A stretch of DNA of 63,814 nt, filler included, from Octopus bimaculoides (GCF_001194135.2; 7 parts of 4 records of this genome joined end to end with filler, not necessarily neighbours in it), one strand, 5' to 3'; positions 13,366 through 23,990 are shown, counted from the first letter of the whole stretch. Notes: generated from the sequence alone by a model not told the origin. A program made the numbers and translations.

Positions 13366-14224
13366 AATATCTGGTCATGTCATGTGGCATCTCACTTTTC
13401 AATGATGGAAAGAAGATTTATTAAGGGTATTGAACACAGTTCTTCAGTTCTTCTTGACAATTCTTTTCTCTTGTGTGTTCTCACATTGCTTGCGATGTCC
13501 ATTCAGTATTTTATCAAGGGAAGCTAAAGGAAAGGTCGTCTGTTTGCCAACAGAAATACTGTCTGTCTTTCTTTCATATTTTACGCTGCTGGTAAAAATA
13601 TTTGTAAATCATGTATGTACCTTCATAAATTGTTCAAAGTGAAAGTATTTTTTTCAAGGCTGTGTTGCATTGTCTATATGTTGAAAGACATACAGAAACA
13701 CACACAACCAAAAAGAAAAGCCTTTTTTTGAAGTCTGTGTTGTGTTGTATTGACAGACTTGCACTTAAAATTCCTGCATTTTTAATCAAAACTTAGTTAC
13801 TAAGGCGACAACACTAGCTGTTTATCTTTCTCTCTCTCTCGTATTTCTGTCTCAACAATAACTTTTCCTCTTCCTCTTCCCTCTCCCTACTCAGATGTTG
13901 TTACAGGCAAATGGAGATCAGCTCTTTTATAATATAAGATTTGTATTAACTTTTGACTATTATCCTGTTTCAGTTTTCCGTTTGTCTGGATTTTTACTTA
14001 CATTTCCTCTTTAATTTTAAATTTAGAAACAACACCATTGGAATACTGATTTCACTACTACAAATGCTTGGTCATATTACATGGCATTTGTTCAAAACTC
14101 AAGTGGAATGAACACTTAGGCTGTAAATAACTTTTTACTGGGATATCATCACTAACGTAAGCAAGTATTAATTAACTGAATTTCTCAATAAATAGGCACT
14201 GGCATGACTTGAAATTAATAAGTC

Positions 14225-14582
14225 TACTTCTCAACCACATGGTTTTGTGTTCAGTCCCATTGCATGGTACCTGTGGCTGGTATCTTTTACTATAGCTTTA
14301 GGCTGACCAAAGCCTTATGAGTGGATTTGGAAGACAGAAACTGAAAGAAGCCCATAGTATGTGTGTGTTTTTCTTTGTCTTGAAATCACATGATTATTGT
14401 AAATGCATGTCATTCATTTCCAATAGTCAGTGAAAACATCTCTGACTATGGGGAAATATTACCTTGCTTGGAAATAGGTAAAGATTAGTGGCAAGAAGGG
14501 CATTCAGCCACAGAAAATCTGCCTCAATAAACTCCATCCAACCCATGCAAGCAGATAAAAGTGGATGTTAAAAATAATGATG
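14225..14582 (+). mobile_element. SINE with family-B head and RTE-type tail
   Basis: Head ctcaaccacatggtt...gaaactgaaagaagccc, then aagggcattcagcc...acccatgcaagc...gtggatgttaaaaataatgatg tail. Confidence 0.65.
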
Positions 14583-14859
14583 TACAGTATTCATATCATC
14601 TAATTGTATAATGTCTTGGACTGTGTTATCTGGTATATCCTTCCTAAGATGGTTGGGTGTGGTTTAAAGGAAGTTTAGCTTCTATTTTGAGCAGGCCAGG
14701 CAACTAATTCGACACATGATATAAGACACACCCAACCATCTTAGGAAGGATAATCAGTGAGGATTGAAAAGGAGTAGAGTAACTCACACATGGCATATCT
14801 GATAAAATTCAGATAGTTTAAAACTTTGTGTTATGTTTGAGAAGAAGACTTATCAAGCC

Positions 14860-15129
14860 AAGCAAAATTGCAGTCATGGCAGATACTGGTGTCATGTAAA
14901 TTGGCACCCATGCTGGTGACACATAAAAGCACCCTGTTGTGATGCAAATGGTACCTGTGCCAGTGGCATGTAAAAGCACCCATTACACTCTCGGAGTGGT
15001 TGGCGTTAAGAAGGGCATCCAACTGTAGAAAACCATGCCAAATCAGACAGTCTGGTGCAGCCTTCCAGTGTGCCAGCCTGGTCGAACTGTCCAGCCCATG
15101 CCAGCATGGACAACAGACATTAAATGATG

Positions 15130-15132
<3 letters not shown>
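14860..15132 (+). mobile_element. SINE family C (RTE-tail)
   Basis: aaagcacccattacactctcggagtggttggcgttaagaagggcatccaactgtagaaaaccatgccaaatcagac...cccatgccagcatggacaacagacattaaatgatga. Confidence 0.75.
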
Positions 15133-15175
<43 letters not shown>

Positions 15176-15974
15176 GATATGTTTACTTGATCTCAGCAGA
15201 ATGAACAGTGAAGTGTCAGATTTGTATGGCAGATTAAACAAACACAAGTTCCTGATGTTGTTGTTGGTGGTGATAATAATAGTGATGGTAGTGGTGAAGC
15301 TTGTGGTGATAGTAATAGTAGTGGTGATGATGATGGTAGTGACTGGCCAGTTGGCAGACCTGTGATTTTTGAGTGAATCCTCTCCTTTGTTTTATGTCTC
15401 AGTTCTTGTATTTGATTGTATGTAAGTTCAAAATGTACACCATATGTACACCCCCCTCTCTCTCTCCCTTCCTGTGTTATGCCAGTAGAAATCATGGGCC
15501 TCTATGCATTAGCTTGAAAATTCATGATTTTTCTTGGGAAAGATACAGCAATGTTTTCCTGTTGCATTCTGCCAGTTTATTTACAGTTTAGTTTGCTAGT
15601 TTCCTGCTCTCCCAAGCTTAGCCTGGAGGGACAGAGCCTATTTAACCCTTAAAGCAGGGTGACTGGGGACTGGTTCATGTGATATCAGGGCATGTCCACA
15701 CACACACACACACACACTAGTGGGGTTGTGCAATGCATCTAGGGGCCAACCCTCCTCCCAAATTCTGTATATCTTAACAACAGAACCATCTTTTGCTATT
15801 TGACCCATAAGTAGGGTCCTTCACAGGTACTACCACTTTAGATCTTATAGCAGACTTGGGGGTATGGGTGACTGAGTTAACTCCATACTTTTCAAAACTT
15901 CTGGACTCCTAAGCTGGAGCCTTATCACAGAATGCAGTTTAATGTCATGCCCATAACCCATACATATATCATAT

Positions 15975-16372
15975 TCATTCTCTCATTCTATTACTTGTCT
16001 CAGTCTGCAGCCATGCTGGGGCACTGCCTTGAATTTTTAGTCAAATGAATTGACCCCAGAACTTATATTTTTTTAAAGCTGAGTACTTATATTGTTGGTC
16101 TCTTTTGCCTAACTTCTAAGTTACAGGAATGCAACCACACCATCACCAGTTGTTAAGCAGTGGTGGTGGGGCAAACAGACACACACACACATACATATAT
16201 TACACACATGACAGGCTTTTCTCAGTTTCCATCTACCAAATCCACTCACAAGTCTTTGGTTGGCCTGAGGCTATAGTTGAAGACACTTGCCCAAGGTGCC
16301 ACATGATGGGACTGAACCCGGAACCATATGGTTGGGAAGCAAGCCTCTTACCATACAACCATCCTGCACCTA
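15975..16372 (-). mobile_element. SINE family B, near full length, CpG-decayed
   Basis: Collinear with the 27791-28181 copy from tail (cagccatgctggggcactgcc) to head (gggaagcaagcctcttaccatacaacc). Confidence 0.8.
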
Positions 16373-16610
16373 TTTAGCAGTCAGTTAAGTAAAATATTTA
16401 ATGGGCAGTTTGAAATGGGGCCTACGTTTCACATCTGGTTTTGATCGGTTACCAGCTTTGCATGGTAGTGGTAGTAATAATGGTAATAGTGGTGGTTTTC
16501 AACTTTAAAATCTAATTTACTCTGATTTAATAGGAATAAAAAAGAAAAAAATTTCTCCTACATTCTGTTTTTCAGAAATGGTTCTATGTTGGAACCTTAT
16601 ATGAGAGGCA

Positions 16611-16808
16611 ATGTCTTCGCCGCTATTTATGTATTTAGTGAGATTGGTGCCGAAACGCAGTCATCCAATACTCATTCCAGCGACTCCTGGTGCACAATGT
16701 TGGATCCATTGTTATTCAGTTCGGCATAACTGGTACAAGAATCAGCTGGATGTATTTCATAGGGACAGCCTGACACACCAGCCTCCTGGGAAGAAAACAC
16801 ATGAAAAG
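16611..16808 (+). CDS. mTERF-family gene, first coding exon (putative mitochondrial targeting peptide)
   Basis: Acceptor ttctgttttttcAG at 16574-75; ATG at 16611; 66 codons MSSPLFMYLVRLVPKRSHPILIP...KKTHEK; donor AAG|GTATGT at 16809. Phase 0 matches the phase-0 acceptor at 18721. The first ~45 residues contain R/K/S and no D/E. Confidence 0.65.
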
Positions 16809-17129
16809 GTATGTCTATATTACTATACGTCTTCTATGATTTTTTCTCCTCCTCTTCCTCCTTTGTTTTAAGATGTTTGAGGTATACTCTACTGCTAATC
16901 CCTGTCTTGTTTGATTGGTTTATAGCTCTGTGTGTTTTGGGTGTGTGTAGTGCCTATTAGTTCTACAAGGTGTGGCTGTGTGGTTAAGAAGCTTGCTTCC
17001 CAATCACATGGTTCCAGGTTCAGTCTCACAATGTAGCAGCTTGAGCTACTAGGCTGGCCAAAGCCTTGTGGCAGTGGATTTCATACACAAAAACCAAAAG
17101 AAGCTCTCGCGCACACGTGTGTGTATGAA

Positions 17130-17450
17130 GGCACATTGCTCAGTGGTTAGAGTGTCAGGCTCCCAATCATAGGGTATTAAGTTTGATTTCAGGACCGGGC
17201 TGTGTGTTGTACTCTTGAGCAAGACACTTTATTTCATGTTGCTCCAGTCCATTCAGATGTAGGAATGAGCTACAGCATCACTGGTGCCAAGCTGTATTGG
17301 CCTTTGCCTTTCCCTTGGATAACATTGGTGGTGTGGACGGGGGAGGCTGGTATGTATGGACAACTGCTGGTCTTCCATAAACAACCTTGCTGGGACTTGT
17401 GCCTCAGAGGGTAACTTTCTAGGTGCAATCCCATGGTCATTTGTGCAAGC
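17130..17450 (+). mobile_element. SINE family D (tRNA head + cttgagcaagacact body)
   Basis: ggcacattgctcagtggttagagtgtcaggctc...actcttgagcaagacactttatttcatgttgctccagtcca; related to 38098 and 55372. Confidence 0.65.
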
Positions 17451-17802
17451 CTTGTGTACGACATGGTATTTCCTTGCCTTCATATAGTATGATAGTTGTA
17501 AACGAGTGTTACCACCATACAAGCAGTGTAAATCATTCCCAATCTTCCATGGAAACTTGTTTGATCACGGGGAAATATTACCTTACTTGGAAATGGGTGA
17601 GGATTGGTGACAGGAAGAGCATCTGGCAATAGAAAATTTGTCTTAACAAATTCTGTCTGACCCATGCAAGTCTAGAAAAGTGGACATTAAAATGATGTGT
17701 GATGATTGTATATTTGTAAGTTTTGGAATACTTTATGCAATATGTATGTAGTGCTTTTTTTCTATTTCTGTGTGATATATTATATATATACATATAGGTA
17801 TA

Positions 17803-18112
17803 GGCGTGGCTGTGTGGTAAGACGCTCACTTCCCTGCCATATGGTTCTGGGTTCAGTCCCACTGTGTGGCACCTTGGGCAAGTATCTTCTGCTATAGCCT
17901 CGAGCTGACTAAAGCCTTGTGAGTTGATTTGTTAGATGGAAACTGAAAGAAGCCCATTGTGTGTGTGTGTGTCTGTTGCTCCCTTGCCATCACTTGACAA
18001 CTGGTGATAGTGTGTTTACATTCCTGTAACTTAGCGGTTCGGCAAAAATGATCAATTGAATGTGTACCAGGCTTTAAAAAAAAAAAAAAAAAGAGTCCAG
18101 GAGGGGTCAATT
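17803..18112 (+). mobile_element. SINE family B
   Basis: ggcgtggctgtgtggtaag (A box-like)...ggttcagtccc (B box-like)...ggcaccttgggcaagtatcttct...taacttagcggttcggcaaaa. Confidence 0.85.
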
Positions 18113-18439
18113 AATTTTCTTTTAGTTTTTGTCTCCTTTTACTTGCTTTTTCCACACAATCACACACTATTATCCTGTTCTATTATCAATGATTTTTGTC
18201 ATCTGCTGGTAGTTAATAAAGAAAATATCATCATTGCTGCTGCTGCTCGCTCGCTCGACAAATTGCTTAGCAGCATTTTGACCATCTTTATGTATTGTTC
18301 AAATTCTGATAAGATTTCACCCTTTTGGGGGGTCAGTAAAATAAAGTACCATTAATATATTGGGGTTAATGTTGTAATCACCTAACACTTACCTCTCAAA
18401 ACTGTTGAATTTGTATTTCAGTTTCTTTCTACTACAATC

Positions 18440-18625
18440 AAAAAACCTGAAATTTGGTGGGAGGTAGTTAGTCAATCACATCAACCCTAGTATTTACCTT
18501 ATATTATTGACCTAGAAAAGATAGAAGGCTAAGTTGACTTTGGTGGAATTTGAACTCAAAATGTAAAGGCAGACAAAATGCTTAGCAGCATTTTGTCCAG
18601 CATGCTAATGATTTCGACCAGCTAG
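18440..18625 (-). mobile_element. SINE family A, intronic, degraded
   Basis: ggtggaatttgaactcaaaatgtaaaggcagacaaaatgcttagcagcattttgtccagcatgctaatgatttc is the reverse of the family A head/body. Confidence 0.7.
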
Positions 18626-18720
18626 TCATCTTTTTTTGTGTCTAAATTAAAATCATGATGTTACTTTTATATGTCTTTTGTTTTTAATTTACTATTCTTT
18701 TATAAATATTTATATTTTAG

Positions 18721-19986
18721 GTTATTTCATTCCTTGATCTTGTGAAACCAAAAACTTCATTCTGCAGACATGGTTTACAAAGCAAACTGGAAACGCTTGA
18801 AGTCCTTGGTTGTTCTTTAGATCAAGTCCAAGAATGTCCTGAAATTCTACAGGTCTCACAAGCTGAGCTTATGCACAGAGCTACTCGATTGCAACAACAT
18901 GGTCACCGAAAGATCAATGTGCAGATGTTAAAACTTGTTCACTCTAAAGCATCAAATGCTCATTTGAAGAGGTTACAACCAGTTTTGAATTTATTGCAAG
19001 GTTACAACACCATCACAGAGTACATGATGGATATTCTGAAATGCAATGAAATGGAATTCCGTGAAATTATTAGCAAAATTCCATTACTGAAGAAACTGCG
19101 AAACATGCCAGCATTTACAGAAAAGGTCAAATATCTTCAAAGCTTTGGTGTGATAGCTGAGCATTTCATTAAATATCCAAACCTGCTCTCTTACAGTCTT
19201 GATACCTTAAAGGGTCGCATTGAAATAATGAAAGTACACCAAGAGGGAAAAGATTTCCCAATTTCATCTCTTGCCAGCTCTGAAAAACAGTTTAAGAGAT
19301 TCCTGAATAAATACAATACTGAACAGAAAGTTCTTGATGGAAGTCCAAATCGATATGAATATATTGCAAAACTGTTCAATGTATCTGTTTCTGTTGCTCA
19401 AAAAATGTCTTACTTAGAGAACAGGCGTCTTACTACACTGAAGCCAAGAGTTGACTTCCTCTTATCAATCGGGATTCCAATTGAGCATCTTCGAAGCCAT
19501 ACCTATATTCTACGCCACAAGACGGATACATTGAAGAAAGCCTATGCCAAGGCACAAGAAGCTGGTATTGAAAAAGTCGGTCTGTTACACATCATACACA
19601 TCATTTCATGTAAAAATGTTCCCTTGAGAGTTCCTACTCCAAAATCAGCAGTCTTCCTGCCAAAATTAATTGGCATTGATACTAGAACTCTGCAGAAGAA
19701 ACTTTACCATATTGCTCCTTTAGTAACTACAGACCGTGTAACACTAACTACCAATTTTGAGTACCTAACTAGTCTTGGTATTACCAAAAAAGACATATGT
19801 AATTGTCCACTAATTCTATCTCATTGTCCCGAATATCTTAAACATACAATTGAGTCTTTAAGGAAGAGACCAGAACTACAAGATTCATTAGACTTGTTAT
19901 CAAATCCAACTGCATTTGTTAATTTAGTGCAATATTTGATTGAGAAAGAGGTAAACTTCCGTAATATACACCAGGAAGTGGTCTGA
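18721..19986 (+). CDS. mTERF-family mitochondrial transcription termination factor, large terminal coding exon (mTerf5-like by C-terminus; 487 aa with exon 1)
   Basis: Uninterrupted 421-codon frame after acceptor tatattttAG (18719-20). It has repeated mTERF motifs: LEVLGCSLDQVQECPEIL, KVKYLQSFGV...IKYPNLLSYSLDTLKGRI, RVDFLLSIGI...LRSHTYIL, NFEYLTSLGITKKDICNCPLILS. C-terminus LVQYLIEKEVNF; stop TGA 19984-86. Confidence 0.88.
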   Translation, partial: VISFLDLVKPKTSFCRHGLQSKLETLEVLGCSLDQVQECPEILQVSQAELMHRATRLQQHGHRKINVQMLKLVHSKASNAHLKRLQPVLNLLQGYNTITEYMMDILKCNEMEFREIISKIPLLKKLRNMPAFTEKVKYLQSFGVIAEHFIKYPNLLSYSLDTLKGRIEIMKVHQEGKDFPISSLASSEKQFKRFLNKYNTEQKVLDGSPNRYEYIAKLFNVSVSVAQKMSYLENRRLTTLKPRVDFLLSIGIPIEHLRSHTYILRHKTDTLKKAYAKAQEAGIEKVGLLHIIHIISCKNVPLRVPTPKSAVFLPKLIGIDTRTLQKKLYHIAPLVTTDRVTLTTNFEYLTSLGITKKDICNCPLILSHCPEYLKHTIESLRKRPELQDSLDLLSNPTAFVNLVQYLIEKEVNFRNIHQEVV

Positions 19987-20011
19987 TGCTGTATGGCTGA
20001 ATTAGTTTACA

Positions 20012-20017
20012 AATAAA
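20012..20017 (+). terminator. Probable polyadenylation signal of the mTERF gene
   Basis: AATAAA 25 nt after the stop codon, followed by T-rich sequence. Confidence 0.5.
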
Positions 20018-20108
20018 TGCATTTTGTAGTACAAGTAAAACCTTTCTTTTGATTTTCTTCTGTAAAATAATGGTTTAATATCTGTTTCCCATCAGTTGTG
20101 ATGTGGAC

Positions 20109-20292
20109 TTAACCCTTTGGAGACGAAGCCTCATTTGGAGTTTTGGTGCCAAGAAGATGGAACCCTTTTTACAAGCCCTATAGAATGCATGCACTTATTT
20201 TTAGAAAAAAGATTGTAAAAAATTACTTTACATATATGAAACTATATATACAATCTCCTTCGTCATTCAACTTTTTAGCTCCTAAGGGTTAA
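20109..20292. mobile_element. piggyBac-type MITE
   Basis: TTAA|CCCTTTGGAG ... CTCCTAAGGG|TTAA: TTAA duplications at 20109-12 and 20289-92, CCC/GGG termini, 10-bp TIR with 1 mismatch, 176 bp internal, non-coding. Confidence 0.65.
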
Positions 20293-20830
20293 GGAAACCT
20301 TTATGCATAGGGAAAACTCACTTTCTCACCTGTGATTATAGTGTCGGGGGTAATCTGATGGGCCTCTGCACATTTTTTTAAACCAAGGGTTATTCAACCA
20401 GAGACAGTGGTAAGTTAACTCCATTATTTCATTAACCGGACATGTATAGCATGTCTCTTAGCCTGACACTCTAAAGTTACCCTCAAATATTTCACAGACT
20501 GTCTGTCTGTCACAAATTCGGCCTTACAGTGCAGGGTCCAAAACTATGAGTTTCTCAATTTGATACCTGTTTTAATTTAACCTTGAATTTCCAGAACTTT
20601 GAGCTTCCAAAGACTTTTATAAAAAGGAAATTTGTAGAATTTGTTTTACGATCTCCCTGGTATCTCCTCATAATTACATTGTAACTGGCATCTTGCTCAT
20701 CATTTTTATAAGGTGTGACTGTAAGAAGTTATCTTCCCAACTACATTAAGAGTCATAGGAGCTGCTTTTCTTTCTATCCCCTGTAAATTCTTTTGATAAA
20801 GACACAGTATACAGATTATAGTCCCCCTAC

Positions 20831-20935
20831 CTCAACATGAGTTCCTTCCTTAGCTGAAATTTCTCCTCCAGGAGCCAAGAACCTTCTCTCTGAGATAGTG
20901 GCAGTTGCAGTTAGACTGTGTTTCACTGATGAGGT
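20831..20935 (-). CDS. Candidate internal exon of an unidentified minus-strand gene
   Basis: Acceptor gtttctatcttattAG; 35 open codons TSSVKHSLTATATISERRFLAPGGEISAKEGTHVE; donor GAG|GTAGGG; phase 0-0. No homology recognised. Confidence 0.3.
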
Positions 20936-22498
20936 CTAATAAGATAGAAACATATCCAGAGTTGTCACCGCATTTCTAAACATGGCACTTATACCCACAT
21001 CATCTCTGCATTTCATATTTATTTAATTTTGATTGAAATTTCAGTGTTGTTACATTCTCTATCTCTCTCTCTCTCTCTCTTTTAAAATCATTTATTAGAA
21101 TCAACTAATTAGATAATTATTGCCCTTATCACTAAATAGGTAATTATAATAAATTAGTTTCCTGGCTTACAACATTAAATATGTTAACACCCACTTCATT
21201 CAGATTTTTTGCAGCAAGCATCCTGGGAAATTTTCTCTCGTAATTCTTATTCTAAACCTTTGTTCTACTTCTGTCTGTTTTTCTGCCTGTTCATTCAAGT
21301 GTGTGTGTGTGAAAGAGAGAGAGAGAGAGCCTCATTTTCAGACAGAGGCTAAAGGCTTCAATGGTTATACACCACATTCTTTCATCACATAAAAATTCAC
21401 AAATTCTTCTAATGACTGTTTGTTGCTGACAGACTATCCTGCGAATCTGGAGTTTACCTTAAACCTATTGGTGTACACTTAACTATATATCTAAGTGTGT
21501 GTGTGTGTGTGAGCATGTATATATGACAATGTGCCAGTATATCTGATTGCTCTATGTTTGTGTACATTGGTGGGTGGGTGTCTGTCAGTCACTGAGTGTT
21601 AGTAATATAAAGAACCAGTTAAATACAGTACCATCTACCAGTGTGGTGCCCTGTTGCTAGCACCACCAATATTCCTACATGTCAACCCTTCCCTCACCAT
21701 ACACTGTTTTTTAGTGTGTGGGAAGGGAGAGGGAGGTGTGTATTGAATGTGTTGCTATTCTTACTCACCTTATCTATCCACCACCCTCACAGGTGATGTT
21801 GATGTACAGAGGTGGTGGTATTGGTGAGGGTAAGCATGGTGGTGGTGGCGGCGGCAGCATTGGTGGTGGTGCAGTAGGAACTGGAGAGGGTGAGACAGAC
21901 ATGGTGAAGTGATGATAGCATTGGGGAGGAAGATGGGGATGACCCTATTGTGTAGATGATGGTGATGTTGCTAGACGGGTGGTGGTAGTGGTGGAAGATG
22001 TGCCTGAGCTATTGCTGCTCCTGATGACATTAGCAGTGGGGGTTATGGTGCTATTGTGGAGGTGATGGTAGTGTTATGTGTGTGTGTGTGCAGTTGTAGT
22101 TGTTTAATCCCAGGTCAGCTCTGAATGAGCAGACCAAAGGTCAAACGCATTCTAACTACAGCCATCTGTTTGTTTTTGGGAAATTGATGTGATCACATTA
22201 TCTGTTGTCCTTTTTTTAATGATAGTAGCATGTGATTGACATAAGGTTTGGCTGTTATTTCCAGCATATCGGATTCCTTCATTGGCTTGATGATGGAGAC
22301 AGGGTTTTTGAGGGTGGTGGTGGTTAAACTGGGGAAATAATATAGCAGTGCAGATGTTGGGGGGATAGTGCTATTGTGGAGTGGGAGAGGGAGAAGATTT
22401 GATGGTATTGACAGTGATGATGATGCTAGGGAAGTAGTAGTATGGTGAAGGCAATGTGGTGCTAATTGAGAAATAATAGTGATGCTGGAGCTGATGTG

Positions 22499-22550
22499 GT
22501 AGTATTGCTACTACTGCTACTTGGTAGCAAGATTGTGGGTGGGATGGTCT

Positions 22551-22600
<50 letters not shown>

Positions 22601-22614
22601 CACGACTACTGTAG

Positions 22615-22662
<48 letters not shown>

Positions 22663-22716
22663 GACTACTGTAGTAATATATATATATATATATATATACA
22701 CACGACTACTGTAGTA

Positions 22717-22747
<31 letters not shown>

Positions 22748-22836
22748 TATATACATGACTATTGTGGTAATATATATATATCTGTGACTATCCCACCCAC
22801 AATCTTGCTACCAAGTAGCAGTAGTAGCAATACTAC
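22499..22836. repeat. 51-bp inverted repeat enclosing a composite (TA)n/CACGACTACTGTAGTAA minisatellite
   Basis: Arms 22499-22549 and 22786-22836 match at 50/51 positions. Confidence 0.85.
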
Positions 22837-23298
22837 TATGTGGCTGTGAAAGGATAGGAAAGAGATTAACTGGGGATTAGGATATGCGTATCCATGATGG
22901 TGATGGTGGTAGTGATAGTAGGAATTCATCCACCCAGCAATCCAAATCCTCACCTCCATCCTTGTCTGTCTGTTTGCCAATAGCTTAGGATGCTCTCATG
23001 TAACACTTATCCCCATACCTTGGGTGGAGTTTGCCTGAGACAATATTTGCTGGGGTTATAGAGTTGGGAGTGCTCATTCAGAAGTTGTTAATTACTTTTC
23101 TTCAAAAGTCCCTACCACCATCACTATCTTCACTACCACACCTACACTGGATGATAAAAGAGGAAACTATCTATCCATCCATCTACAAACACACAGGTAC
23201 ACACACGCACATGTGCATACACAAAAGTATAGCTGTATACAAATTATATATCTATATAAACACACACACACACACACAATACACATAGACATTCTTCT

Positions 23299-23364
<66 letters not shown>

Positions 23365-23757
23365 TGTAAATATGCACACATGTATAGACCATCTCTTTGT
23401 CACATATTTACATATTTATATGCACACATCATACATGCATAGGTACAAATACATGCTCAGAATGATTTTCCATAATATTCAATACATAAGAATTCTCAAC
23501 ATTTCATTCACAACTTTCTGACCTTCACCTCCATCACTGCACCCTCCTCCCTCTCTTCCTTCTGCCTTCTTCCTGCTTCAACCTTTTGATGATATTCCAG
23601 GATGAGGTCTATCAGCAACTCTGTCTATTATTTGTCTATATTTCTCTCTGTTAGTCTGTTTGGCTAACTGTTTTATGCATCTGCTTTGTTATCTATGGAT
23701 TTACTCACTTAGCCGTGTGTGTGTGCACATATTTCTTTGGCAAAGTTCTCTCTCTCT

Positions 23758-23990
23758 CTCATCATCATCATCATCATCGTTTAACGTCCGCTTTCCATGC
23801 TAGCATGGGTTGGACGATTTGACTGAGGACTGGTGAAACCAGATGGCAACACCAGGATCCAGTCTGATTTGGCAGAGTTTCTACAGCTGGATGCCCTTCC
23901 TAACGCCAACCACTCAGAGAGTGTAGTGGGTGCTTTTACGTGTCACCCGCACGAAAACGGCCACGCTCGAAATGGTGTCTTTTATGTGCC
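23758..23990 (-). mobile_element. SINE family C (RTE-tail), young copy truncated by linker
   Basis: (CAT)n cgtttaacgtccgctttccatgctagcatgggttggacg...ctggatgcccttcctaacgccaaccactc; CpGs intact. Confidence 0.8.

Noticed and set aside
13895-13935. Strong plus-strand acceptor followed by DVVTGKWRSALL*
   Set aside because: No donor or partner exon identified and the peptide is unrecognised; the pyrimidine tract may be a (CT)-rich repeat.
22601-22775. CRISPR-like repeat/spacer appearance
   Set aside because: 17-nt units separated only by (TA)n/(CA)n, with no unique spacers and no cas genes, in a eukaryotic context.
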